A stretch of 64,000 nt of DNA from a virus, in the IMG/VR virus record IMGVR_UViG_3300035670_000028, positions 1 to 64,000 of that record; one strand, written 5' to 3'. The position numbers and the translations under genes are program-made. This document shows, one piece after another, positions 18,997 to 28,780 of this stretch (the first letter of the stretch is position 1; every line of letters begins with the position of its first letter). Under the pieces are notes generated by a model. The model had not been told where the DNA came from. It saw only the letters and a program-made list of their open reading frames with translations, and ran no database searches.

Positions 18997-19248
18997 ATGA
19001 AGAATGCATCTGATAGAGGACTAATGAGAGCGTGCGCGAGATACATCCTAGGTGAGTCCACAGGCGTAAAGATAAAAGGCTCTCCTGAGAGAAGAGATGC
19101 AATTCATCGTGTCCTGACAGCAAGTAAGGCACTCTACGAGGCGCTTTCATCTAATAGGTCACTCGATGAAGTGAACGTTCTTATTGAGAGAAAGCGCGCC
19201 GCGGCTCAGGAATTTAAGAAGATTGTCGGAATCACCTGGCAGCTCTGA
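18997..19248 (+). CDS. Hypothetical protein
   Basis: GAGGAG RBS; fills the gap before the tape measure gene. Confidence 0.65.
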   Translation: MKNASDRGLMRACARYILGESTGVKIKGSPERRDAIHRVLTASKALYEALSSNRSLDEVNVLIERKRAAAQEFKKIVGITWQL

Positions 19249-19271
19249 TCACGGCACGCTCAAACGTAGAG

Positions 19272-19278
19272 ATACTTA
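19272..19278 (+). promoter_or_regulatory. ATACTTA putative late promoter
   Basis: Upstream of the tape measure gene. Confidence 0.55.
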
Positions 19279-19305
19279 CGTGTGAGGTGACGAGCGCAGG
19301 AAGTC

Positions 19306-22300
19306 ATGGCTGAGAACGAATCAAAAGCATCTAAGGCGGACACTGCTGAGACAAAGGCACAGCTTGACCTGCAAATGCAGATCAATCAGGTGCTGCAGGA
19401 CCGCATGAAGGTCTTCAAGGCCCAGGAGAAGGCACTGTCAGGCCAAGTTCAGATGGCTGTTGACCTGTGCAAGGCCCTCAAGTGCGATGAGCTCGATAAG
19501 ATTGAGGAGAGGCTCAAGACTGCTCGCGATGCGATGCAGGAGGCAGCAGATCAGGCTGCAGAGCTAGGTGACTCCCTTGAGGACGCAGCTGATAAAGGCT
19601 CGGAAGGTGCTGGCAGGACCCAGACCATGTTTGAAAAGCTTAAGGAGAAGCTTACAGCTGTCAACGGTGCCGCGGTTGGCGCCGGACTAGGACTCGCGCA
19701 GGGATTTGGAAGCGCCATTCAGACAGCAACAAACCTCACAACAGGAATCTTTGGCATTGTCGGCTCTCTAGGAAAATTGGGCATCTCAATTGCGACTCTG
19801 CCATTTAAGCTCCTGAGTGGTCTCTTCTCACTCGCTGGCAGCGGAGGAGGAGGTGGCCCCTCGCCAATTCAGCAGGAGCTTGAGAAGATTAGGGGAGAGT
19901 TTGGCTCACTCGCTGTGGGAGCTGGAAAAGTCGCCAAGTCTGCGCTTAGCCAGTTTAGAGGTGAGATGAAAAATCTCGCCGGGACAGGACTGACACTCAG
20001 AAAAGTCTTTGGCGGCGGCAGAGAGGGATTGGCAAAGGCACTCGCTGAGAACGCGGAGCTTCTAAAGGCACTGGGTCCTGCCGCAGAGAATTTCAATGAT
20101 GTGTTAAGCACCGGTGCTGTTGCCCTGTCCATGTACCGCAAGGGTCTCGGCATGACAGTTGAGCAGCAGGCCAAGTTCCTAAAGCTAGCTCAGGCTGCAG
20201 GCAAAGACCCAATGAAGGAGATGACCAAGTTCGCCTCACAGGCCATAAACATGGGTGAGGCATTTGGAATGAGCTCGAAGCTGATTGCAAAGGACATGGC
20301 AGAGATGCAGTCTGACTTTGCACACTTCGGAGGGCTCGGGCCAAAGGTGATGTCCCAGATCTCCGTCTACACGAGAAAGCTCGGAATTGAGATCAAGGAC
20401 CTTACTGGCCTTATTGATGGATTCGATGACTTTGAGAATGCAGCTCAGGGCGCTGCAAAGCTCTCACAGGCGTTCGGAATGAACGTCGATGCCATGAAGA
20501 TGATGCAGGAGCAGGACCCGGCTGCCCGCCTCTCAATGCTGCAGCAGGCTTTCAAGCAGACAGGCAAGTCAATTGAGCAGATGTCCCGTCAGGAGAAGAA
20601 GCTCCTTGCCCAGCAGTCTGGACTATCTGAGGAGGCTGCTGCTCTAGCATTCAGCCAGCGCGGCCTGTCCATGTCGTACGACCAGGTCCAGAAGGCAGGT
20701 GCGAAGTCCGAGAAGAAGCAGCTATCTCAGGCAGAGGCAATGTCCAAGCTCGCAGACTCGATTGAGCGCGTCTTTGGATCCGGCGGCGGCGGCGGCTTTA
20801 AGAGCTTCTTTGAGGCATTCTCGAAGGGATTCCAGTCAGGAATCATGCGCACGGTTGAGTTCCGCCAGGCAATGAAGGCAATTAGGGGCGCCATGCGTGC
20901 CGTCTACATGGGAGGACGTGAAGTAGGAAAAATGTTCGTCCAGATGTTCCCAGGCATCAAGCAAATGCTGGGAGGAATTAAGGACCTGTTCAACCCTGCC
21001 AGATTCAAGCAGATGATGGCGAGCGTCAAGAACATCTTCAAGGACTTCTTCAAGGACCTACAGACAGATCCCAAGGCAGGAGTTGAAAAATTCCTGGATA
21101 GGTTCAAGGATCTCTTCAAGAAGTTCTTCTCAGCGTCTGGCCCAGGCGCCTCATCTATCATGGAGGGCGGCAAGACGTTCCTAAAGACTCTGGGCGCGAT
21201 ATTCAAGGCAGTCTTTCCAATCGTGGTCAGCGGCCTAGTGACCGCAATCAACAAGATCACTGAGATCCTCAAGAATCCTCCGGGAGTTCCGGGTGCCCTC
21301 ACTCAGCTCTTCAAGGACCTCGGCAACGCGATGATGGACCTCCTATCGACGCTGTGGACACGTCTGGCTCCTGCGCTCGGCGATATGTTTAAAACGCTGT
21401 TTGAGAAAGTGGGTCCCTACCTCGCTATGGGCGGCACCGCAATACTCGCGGTCTCCTTCGGCAAGGTGATCCTCAATGCGGTCGTGAAGGGTCTGGCCGG
21501 TGGCCTCGTTGCTGTTGTTGCCAAGAAGATCGCCGACTTCTTTGGTGCTGCATTTGGGCAGGCAAACCAGGGAGCAGGCGACGTTGGAAGGGGCGTCGGC
21601 GAGGGATTCGCTGCTTCTCTCAAGGGATTTTTCCAGGGGCTAGGAGATGTTCTCAAGGAGATCGGCAAGATAACTGCTCCTGATATAGGCAAAGCAGCTC
21701 TGAGCCTATTTCTATTGACAGCAATGCTTATACCACCACTGGTTCTTCTTGCGGGGGGCATAGCAATTATTGCCATGCTGTTTAGCCCCGCCTCAGCGAT
21801 TACTGCTGCCCTAGCAATGGTCGCTCTAGCAGTTGCTGCTGTTGCGATAAAGGTCCTGATGGAGGCTATTAATCTCGTGCAGCCGTCAATGATTGGACAA
21901 GCTCTTATGGGTGCAGCAGCAGCCGCACTCTTTGTGGTGTCAGGTGTGCTGATTCTCGCGTTTTCTCTTAGGCTCATTTCTGGAGTATTTAGAGGTGTGA
22001 ACTGGGAAAATGTTGCCATGGGAATGCTCGGCATGGTTGTTTCGATTATTGCAATTGGTGTGATGGTTCTGGCAGCTGCTGCTCTTGTCGCCGACGGCGG
22101 AATGACTGCAATGCTCGCAATTGCAGGACTAGGCGCTGCAACACTATTCCTCTTTGCACTTTCCATCTTTATGATTCCCCTTATGCTAGTGTCAAATTTG
22201 CTTTCTGCTATTAATATGGATCCGATGCCATTCATTAGCATGGCAGCAATCATGGTGGCAATTGCAGTAATGGCAGGTGCTTCTGTAATACTTGCGCTTG

Positions 22301-24750
22301 TTGCTCAACCCGCTCTAACAGGACTAATTGTGTCCGGCGGTTTCATGCTTGCCCTTGTTTACCTGATAATGCCCATCATGAAGGAGTTGAGCAATCAGGC
22401 AAACGAGATGGATTTTGGAAAGCTAGCGCTAGGAATTCTTAAGATGTCGCTAGTGTTTGTGGGTCTGGCAATAATCGCAGTAGCTGCTGTAGCTGCTGGA
22501 GCTTTCGCAGTGCCTGCAATGATAGGACTCTTGCTCGTGCTCGCCTTTGCATCACTTTTGGCCAGTGATTCAGTGGGTCTCAAAGGAGTGCTAGATAAAC
22601 TAAAGGATGCAGCTAGCACACTCAATGATAAAGGCATCATTGACACAATGAAGAATCTCGTGGGAATTATTCAGGAGATTGCCAGCCTGGCATTTATTGT
22701 TGCAGAGGCAGGTTCAGCAGCATTCATGGCGTACGCTACAATGGGATCTCTTAAGGACTACCTCGAAGAGGCATCGACTGCTCTTCTTCCTGCAATGAGT
22801 TCATTCATCAGAGAGCTTGTTCCAACTCTTCAGCAGCTATCTTCCATCACAGGAAATGTTGAGGAGCTGAGCCAGAAGGTCGAGCTCATTGGCAACATCA
22901 TGGGAATGATCACGGACCTGGGTGAGATTGCAGTGTCGCTGGGTGAGATGGATGTGGGTATGTTCACAACAGGCGATGGAAGCACTCTGAGAGCGGCAAC
23001 AGACTTTGCAGACAAGATGTTTAGTGGCACCAAAGGACTCATAGACAAGATCATTGAGACGGGTGCGGGAATGACTGCGGATCAGATTGCCTCCGCCGTT
23101 GCGCTGGGGTCCGTTCTTGGATCAATAGGCGGCCTAGTGAAGTCTCTTCAGCCTGATCCGGAGATGATGAAGGCACTCAAGGACACCGAGTCGTGGGTCG
23201 GAGATGAGACACCAGAGAGAATGGCAGCGCTCTCCGATCACATGGAGAGAATGTTGAATGTACTCAAGGACAATATTGGCAAAGTCTTTACGGCTGTGAA
23301 GACTGCAGCTGAAGGCATCACAGATCCTGCTGCTCTAGAGCCAAAGATAAAGATTGTGGCAACGTCATTCCAGGTGCTGGGTAACTTCTCCAAGGTGATA
23401 GGAGAGATGATCAAAAATGTCGCAGGCGAAGAGGGAACGTCTGAGGAGCAGATGAAAAAGTTTAGTAACACAGTCACAGGCATAGTTGACGCACTGTTTA
23501 GTACAAATAGCCCTTCTGCTTTCAAGAAAGCTTTCGACGGCATCAATGAGATTGCCAGCCTAGTGTCAGACCCAGCTGCGCTCGAGCCAAAGATCAAGGT
23601 TGTTGCATCGATGTTTGAGGTCCTAGGGAAGTTCGCGGCTGTCATAGGTGACATGTCGAAGCTGATACCTGAGGCAGCTCTAGCCGGCGCCGGCGAGCTC
23701 GTCGGCGCCGGATCATTTGCAAAACGCCTTGCAACACTCACTGGCCCAGAGGGCATGATAAACAGCTTTGTGAACGCGCTCTCAGGTGACTCTGGTGCGC
23801 TCAAGAAGACATTTGACAGTCTCAACACACTTGTTGAAATGATTCCATCAACAAAAAAGGGTGCGCTCAAGGAGTTCCAGACAAAGGTGTCTGCGCTTGT
23901 TGGACTATTTGATATTGTTGGAAAGTTCTCATCTGCAGTGAAGGAAATTGTGGGCCTCACAGCCAACGCTGAGGGAAAGGTCGACGCGAGCAAGCTTCAA
24001 GGTGTTCTTACAACCGTCAATGGGGCTCTCTTCAGCATAGAGGGACAGGGCGGCGCCGGCACAATGAAGTGGATCGCGCAAGGAATCGCCAAGGTGATCA
24101 CTGAAGTGGGCACAGGCCTCGTGGGCAAGGAGAAGGAGATAAAGGCACTCTCTAACACTTTCAAGGCAATAGGTGACTTTGCCAGCGCGATAAGCGCCAT
24201 CAGAGGGCTCGCTGGAGAGAGTGGCGACATGAACGCAGTCGCAACTACTCTTAATGGTATCGCCGATGTTTTTAAGCAAGGAACACTTATACAAAGTATC
24301 ACGACGATAGTTGGAAAAATGGTAGAGCTCCAGGCATTACTTGCTAGAAACCCGCTCAGCACTCGGAACGTCACAAAGCTCACAGACTTTGCGAACGGCT
24401 TAGACACTGCAATTTCAGCGATGGAGAGGATATCGAATCCCAGCACAGACATAACGACGCGCGTCGAGTCTCTGAGCACCGCTTTCACAACACTCTCAAC
24501 AGCATTCTCTCAGCTAGAGAACGACCCCAACCTCCGCCTAGCAGTCAGGGTCGGAGAGAACCTCACAGGCAACGGAACTGTGACTGTCACCCACGAGCCA
24601 GTCAACATTACACTCAATGTCAACATAGAGATGAGCGCTGAGCAGATCGGCCGCGGTGTGATTAGGTGGAACAACACTGTCGCACGTGGCACTCCTGCAA
24701 ATCCGAAGTTTGTTGTGCACAATGGCACAAGCAATGTTCCGGGACCATAA
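19306..24750 (+). CDS. Tape measure protein
   Basis: 1814 aa, helical Ala/Gly-rich sequence with a central hydrophobic block; follows the chaperone genes. Confidence 0.88.
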   Translation: MAENESKASKADTAETKAQLDLQMQINQVLQDRMKVFKAQEKALSGQVQMAVDLCKALKCDELDKIEERLKTARDAMQEAADQAAELGDSLEDAADKGSEGAGRTQTMFEKLKEKLTAVNGAAVGAGLGLAQGFGSAIQTATNLTTGIFGIVGSLGKLGISIATLPFKLLSGLFSLAGSGGGGGPSPIQQELEKIRGEFGSLAVGAGKVAKSALSQFRGEMKNLAGTGLTLRKVFGGGREGLAKALAENAELLKALGPAAENFNDVLSTGAVALSMYRKGLGMTVEQQAKFLKLAQAAGKDPMKEMTKFASQAINMGEAFGMSSKLIAKDMAEMQSDFAHFGGLGPKVMSQISVYTRKLGIEIKDLTGLIDGFDDFENAAQGAAKLSQAFGMNVDAMKMMQEQDPAARLSMLQQAFKQTGKSIEQMSRQEKKLLAQQSGLSEEAAALAFSQRGLSMSYDQVQKAGAKSEKKQLSQAEAMSKLADSIERVFGSGGGGGFKSFFEAFSKGFQSGIMRTVEFRQAMKAIRGAMRAVYMGGREVGKMFVQMFPGIKQMLGGIKDLFNPARFKQMMASVKNIFKDFFKDLQTDPKAGVEKFLDRFKDLFKKFFSASGPGASSIMEGGKTFLKTLGAIFKAVFPIVVSGLVTAINKITEILKNPPGVPGALTQLFKDLGNAMMDLLSTLWTRLAPALGDMFKTLFEKVGPYLAMGGTAILAVSFGKVILNAVVKGLAGGLVAVVAKKIADFFGAAFGQANQGAGDVGRGVGEGFAASLKGFFQGLGDVLKEIGKITAPDIGKAALSLFLLTAMLIPPLVLLAGGIAIIAMLFSPASAITAALAMVALAVAAVAIKVLMEAINLVQPSMIGQALMGAAAAALFVVSGVLILAFSLRLISGVFRGVNWENVAMGMLGMVVSIIAIGVMVLAAAALVADGGMTAMLAIAGLGAATLFLFALSIFMIPLMLVSNLLSAINMDPMPFISMAAIMVAIAVMAGASVILALVAQPALTGLIVSGGFMLALVYLIMPIMKELSNQANEMDFGKLALGILKMSLVFVGLAIIAVAAVAAGAFAVPAMIGLLLVLAFASLLASDSVGLKGVLDKLKDAASTLNDKGIIDTMKNLVGIIQEIASLAFIVAEAGSAAFMAYATMGSLKDYLEEASTALLPAMSSFIRELVPTLQQLSSITGNVEELSQKVELIGNIMGMITDLGEIAVSLGEMDVGMFTTGDGSTLRAATDFADKMFSGTKGLIDKIIETGAGMTADQIASAVALGSVLGSIGGLVKSLQPDPEMMKALKDTESWVGDETPERMAALSDHMERMLNVLKDNIGKVFTAVKTAAEGITDPAALEPKIKIVATSFQVLGNFSKVIGEMIKNVAGEEGTSEEQMKKFSNTVTGIVDALFSTNSPSAFKKAFDGINEIASLVSDPAALEPKIKVVASMFEVLGKFAAVIGDMSKLIPEAALAGAGELVGAGSFAKRLATLTGPEGMINSFVNALSGDSGALKKTFDSLNTLVEMIPSTKKGALKEFQTKVSALVGLFDIVGKFSSAVKEIVGLTANAEGKVDASKLQGVLTTVNGALFSIEGQGGAGTMKWIAQGIAKVITEVGTGLVGKEKEIKALSNTFKAIGDFASAISAIRGLAGESGDMNAVATTLNGIADVFKQGTLIQSITTIVGKMVELQALLARNPLSTRNVTKLTDFANGLDTAISAMERISNPSTDITTRVESLSTAFTTLSTAFSQLENDPNLRLAVRVGENLTGNGTVTVTHEPVNITLNVNIEMSAEQIGRGVIRWNNTVARGTPANPKFVVHNGTSNVPGP

Positions 24751-24765
24751 CAATATTGAGGTGCC

Positions 24766-25041
24766 ATGAGAGACACAGACAGCAAGACAGGCACAAAATC
24801 ACCAGACCCAGCCAAAGCCTTTGAGCAATACAGGGATCTGCCCGGCGTCGAGATGCTCATAGGCTTGATGTCAGGAATGGCACCTGAGGCGCAGGAGGCA
24901 TTTATTGACTCCAACAAGCGTGTCTTCACAATCTTCGACGCGATGAGTCAGGGACTTCAACAGATACTTAGCACGGAAGAGGGCAGGAAGCAGTTCCTCG
25001 AGGAGCTGCAGAAGAGGACAGGTGGAGGCCTTGGGAAATAA
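24766..25041 (+). CDS. Hypothetical protein
   Basis: GAGGT RBS; contains ATACTTA at 24964, upstream of the next gene. Confidence 0.6.
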   Translation: MRDTDSKTGTKSPDPAKAFEQYRDLPGVEMLIGLMSGMAPEAQEAFIDSNKRVFTIFDAMSQGLQQILSTEEGRKQFLEELQKRTGGGLGK

Positions 25042-28000
25042 GGGAAATCAGACAGGATATGACGTAGAGGGTGATATTGATGCCCTCTACAACCCAGGCT
25101 TTGCCGACTCAGGAAATGCAGCTCCTCGTGAGCCATCTGCTGTGCCTTACAGTGGACATGATCTACGCGCCCAGTCAAAGGTGACTCTCGGAAACTACCT
25201 GAGTGCTGTGACGAAGGGAAATGCAGGCGTAGCTCGACCAAACTCCTTCTCAGTCCCTGGCGGATCCTCTGACCTCGGCGGCACAGGACAGTCAGTAGAT
25301 CCCAATGCCTCCTCAAACTTGAGTCCAGGCGAGGCCAAGGAGCAGATGAGGTCCGCCGGCACCACGCTGGGAACATTTCTAGATCTCGCAAAGTCTTATA
25401 GTGCCGAGGCAGGCAGTAGGTTTGAGAGCACAAAGGACTCACAGTACTCAAAGAACATCAATCCGTTTGTGGACACGAACATAAAGAAGGTGGGCAGCGC
25501 TGACAGGACGACCTCACTTCAGGATGGACACTCGCTCTTGACAGGAATTAGTGCGCCTGAGGGTGTTCAAGGTGCACCAACAGACCTGGGTGCACCAAGC
25601 ATAGCACCTCCCCCTGATGACGCGCCTGTTGTACAGAGAAAGATATCCGAGGTCCTCAGGAACAATCGATTTAGCGCTGTTGAGAAGGCGTTCGTCCAGA
25701 ACCACACACGCAGTGTTCCAGGAGGTTACTCCATTCAGCGCAAGATGGGCGCATATGATCCAGACGCGCCTGCTGTTGACGAGGAAAGCCTTAAGACCCT
25801 AGGAAAGCTCCTCGTTGTTCGATCCACAGGCCACGCGTCAGGTGTCGCTGATGTCCTGCAGGCGAACGCCAGCCTCACTGACATTGCAAACATTGTTCCA
25901 TTTGTCCCATCACTCTCTCAGCTCACAGGCCTACCAATTATCGACACAGTCAATCTACAGGCGGGAAATGTCCCACTGAAGGATGCTGCCGGCGCTGAAA
26001 TACCTCTTAGAACAGAGTACATAAATCAGGAGAACGCTGAGTTTAGCCCTTTCTCCGGAAAGTCCTATGGAAATTTAAACTCTCAGTTCGAGCCATTTGA
26101 TGGTGTATTTCCCATTGGAACGCTGACGACAACAGTTGGCAACATTTTTGCAATCCTCGCTTTCGCTGTGGTGATTGGGGGAATCCCGCTCATAATTGGA
26201 GCCGCCGCTCCTGACACAATGATGCGCTCAGACTCAAACCCGAAGGCACCCTGGGAAATGGTGAAGGGAAGGTATCTACTTCGAGCCAACGATAGTGCAG
26301 GTAACTTTATTTCGGAAATGTTGGGAATTCCCCTCACAACACACCCGTGGGGAGAGTGCATGTTCGTGGGATTGGCCAATTTTTTGGGATTCGCTGACAG
26401 TGTGTCCGTAGGAAGCAGCGCGTTCGCCGGTATATCTGAAGACTCACTTTTTAAGGCATGTTTCGACCTTGTCACTGCACCAGGATATTACGCTGCAGTG
26501 CTTAGAAATGCTGTTCGAGACATTCAGCAAGTAGTCCAGTCAATCTCAGATCTAGCAGGAAATTTCTCTGGAGGAGACATTCTAGGTGGCATTGTTGGCA
26601 TCTTTAAGATGATAGAGTCCATAACATCCTCCGCGACTTTTAGATTTCTGATGCAGATGGTTTCCCTGGGTGATAGGGTCTTGGAGGAGTCTAAGTCTGC
26701 GTCTGTTGACTCGAGAATCGGTCCCCGCTCAAGGGCAGTGAAGTCCAGAATCGCACAGATTGATGACATTGGAGCTGATGACATAGGCAGAAGAGACGTC
26801 TCTGCGTTAGTGTGGAAGCACTCAGCGACACCGTCTCAGTATATTTTTCCTGATTCATTTAAAACAAGTAAGTTAAGTGCGAGGTCTCTGACTTCTACAC
26901 AATTCTGGAGCCAAGCATTTAAATGGACAGAAGGCTCAAGAAGAATTAGTGCTGATCAAGTAGAAGAAATTGAGAATAGATTGGACGCCGAGTACGTGCC
27001 CTTCTACTTTCATGATATGAGAACGAACGAGGTGATATCATTCCACGCGTTCCTCTCAGATCTCTCGGATGGATTCACAGCATCCTACACTGAGACAGCG
27101 GGGTACGGAAGAGCCGACAGTGTGATGACGTACAACAGCACGAAGAGGAGCATTAGTTTCACCTTCACAGTTGCTGCCACCTCCCCAGAGGATTTGGACG
27201 TGATGTATTGGAACATTAATAAGCTTGTCTCAATGCTCTACCCACAGTACTCGCGGGGCAGAGCCATGCAGGACAACAATCTCAAGTTTATTCAGCCTTT
27301 CTCGCAGATTCCAACTGCCTCCCCAATGATCAGAATTAGAATTGGTGATGTGATTAAAGGCAACTACTCTAAGTTCGGTCTAGCTAGGCTCTTTGGGCTG
27401 GGCCAAAGTTCCAACGTGTTTAATGCCGACAGAGTAAGTCCGGAGTCGAGTTCAGGTGCGAGTTCCAGTGCGGCGCCACCTACTGTTGATGTAGTGGCTC
27501 AAGCAACTGAACAAATACGCATAGAAGAAGACATAAAGTCATATGACGTTGATCTGGGCTTCAGTGTAGGTGATATTGTCATAATTCAGAACGAGAGACA
27601 CTCGTGGCGCGACCGCGACGGCTCCCCGCCCGCGCCAGGCCGAGGAACGATTCCTCAGAATCGAAGAATTATTACGTACTCAAATCCACCGTACGGAACA
27701 ATTGTGGCTGTCTATAACAGCACACCAGGAATTGCAGGAGCTGCAACACTACAACTAGATAATGCCAGGAGTCGTCGAGCTCGTGAAGATGAATCATTCG
27801 ATCGAGCCATTTCACCGCAGTTCACTTATGTCATCAAAATTGATGAGTCGTTAATTCCTGAAAATCGTCGAAGTGTGATCTCTGATAACTATCGACATCA
27901 TGTTGTGCATCACTCTGACATAACAGGATACACAGACGCCTATAGGCAGCAGAGAATTAACGATGAAATAAGTCAGCGTACTGCTAGCACGCCCGAAGCT

Positions 28001-28438
28001 TCAGCAGCAGCTGCTGCTGAATCTAATTCTGCACCTCAAGATCTTTCGAAACTACAGAGCTTCCTAAATTCTAGCAACAATCCAGTCGTGAGAAGCTTTG
28101 AGTCGACTAGGGGACGCGGTCTAGCAGGATTTATCACTGACCTCAAGATGGACTGGGGTGAATCAACCTGGGAGGTTGATCCCGAGATCGGCAGAGCACC
28201 CACCGTCATGAAGCTGTCGGTCTCATTCTCACCGGTGCATGACATACCCATGGGATTGGACAGTGATGGAATGATGCGGTCTGTCGCTTACAATGTAGGA
28301 AGCTTGTCCAGAGAAATAGGCTCTGACCCTTACACAGAGCTTGGTCCAAATGATTCTGCTGCAGAAACTCGAACAAATTCAGCATCAGCATCAACTGCAG
28401 CAACGTCAGAAGAAAGCTCGACCGCTCCAACAAATTAG
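25022..28438 (+). CDS. Baseplate/tube-initiator-like structural protein
   Basis: PFYFHDMRTNE..FHAFLSDLSD..GYGR..Y..T.RSISFTF and LVSMLYPQY..P.IRIRIGD tube-fold-like motifs; synteny. Confidence 0.6.
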   Translation: MEALGNKGNQTGYDVEGDIDALYNPGFADSGNAAPREPSAVPYSGHDLRAQSKVTLGNYLSAVTKGNAGVARPNSFSVPGGSSDLGGTGQSVDPNASSNLSPGEAKEQMRSAGTTLGTFLDLAKSYSAEAGSRFESTKDSQYSKNINPFVDTNIKKVGSADRTTSLQDGHSLLTGISAPEGVQGAPTDLGAPSIAPPPDDAPVVQRKISEVLRNNRFSAVEKAFVQNHTRSVPGGYSIQRKMGAYDPDAPAVDEESLKTLGKLLVVRSTGHASGVADVLQANASLTDIANIVPFVPSLSQLTGLPIIDTVNLQAGNVPLKDAAGAEIPLRTEYINQENAEFSPFSGKSYGNLNSQFEPFDGVFPIGTLTTTVGNIFAILAFAVVIGGIPLIIGAAAPDTMMRSDSNPKAPWEMVKGRYLLRANDSAGNFISEMLGIPLTTHPWGECMFVGLANFLGFADSVSVGSSAFAGISEDSLFKACFDLVTAPGYYAAVLRNAVRDIQQVVQSISDLAGNFSGGDILGGIVGIFKMIESITSSATFRFLMQMVSLGDRVLEESKSASVDSRIGPRSRAVKSRIAQIDDIGADDIGRRDVSALVWKHSATPSQYIFPDSFKTSKLSARSLTSTQFWSQAFKWTEGSRRISADQVEEIENRLDAEYVPFYFHDMRTNEVISFHAFLSDLSDGFTASYTETAGYGRADSVMTYNSTKRSISFTFTVAATSPEDLDVMYWNINKLVSMLYPQYSRGRAMQDNNLKFIQPFSQIPTASPMIRIRIGDVIKGNYSKFGLARLFGLGQSSNVFNADRVSPESSSGASSSAAPPTVDVVAQATEQIRIEEDIKSYDVDLGFSVGDIVIIQNERHSWRDRDGSPPAPGRGTIPQNRRIITYSNPPYGTIVAVYNSTPGIAGAATLQLDNARSRRAREDESFDRAISPQFTYVIKIDESLIPENRRSVISDNYRHHVVHHSDITGYTDAYRQQRINDEISQRTASTPEASAAAAAESNSAPQDLSKLQSFLNSSNNPVVRSFESTRGRGLAGFITDLKMDWGESTWEVDPEIGRAPTVMKLSVSFSPVHDIPMGLDSDGMMRSVAYNVGSLSREIGSDPYTELGPNDSAAETRTNSASASTAATSEESSTAPTN

Positions 28439-28486
28439 AGCTCCCTCTTGTGTGACTAATACGAAATTATTGATTAGGATACTACT

Positions 28487-28780
28487 ATGACTTACGGTAG
28501 ATATGACAACGTCACGAGAATTGCGGGCGGCAAGGTTATAGGAACCACAACTGGTCATGTCGCTGTGAGAAACGCAGCAACATCAGGCAGGCTGTCAACA
28601 AAAGTCTACGTCCTACAGGAGGGAGAGCGCCTGGATATCCTTGCCGGCAGGGAGTACGGTAACGCTCGCTACTGGTGGGTGATCGCGGCAGCGTCAGGAG
28701 TTGGCTGGGGACTCCAGGTGCCTCCTGGCACACGGCTTATAATTCCTACAGATCTCAACCAGGTTCTAGGTATCGTATAA
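28487..28780 (+). CDS. LysM-like baseplate wedge protein (gp53/tail X-like)
   Basis: GERLDILAGREYGNARYWWVIAAASG..PPGTRLIIP. Confidence 0.8.
   Translation: MTYGRYDNVTRIAGGKVIGTTTGHVAVRNAATSGRLSTKVYVLQEGERLDILAGREYGNARYWWVIAAASGVGWGLQVPPGTRLIIPTDLNQVLGIV

Noticed and set aside
21417-23993. Long antisense ORFs (also 3628-4413, 49354-50268 and 54893-55825)
   Set aside because: These are shadows of + strand genes with biased codon use; they have no motifs or expression signals.
28675-28779. Upstream extensions of ORF-track starts (also 34198, 35575, 40158, 52190, 54304, 54827 and 62090)
   Set aside because: Most overlap upstream genes. The downstream starts have RBSs, stop-start coupling or family-defining N-termini (for example, PE in Fpg/Nei).
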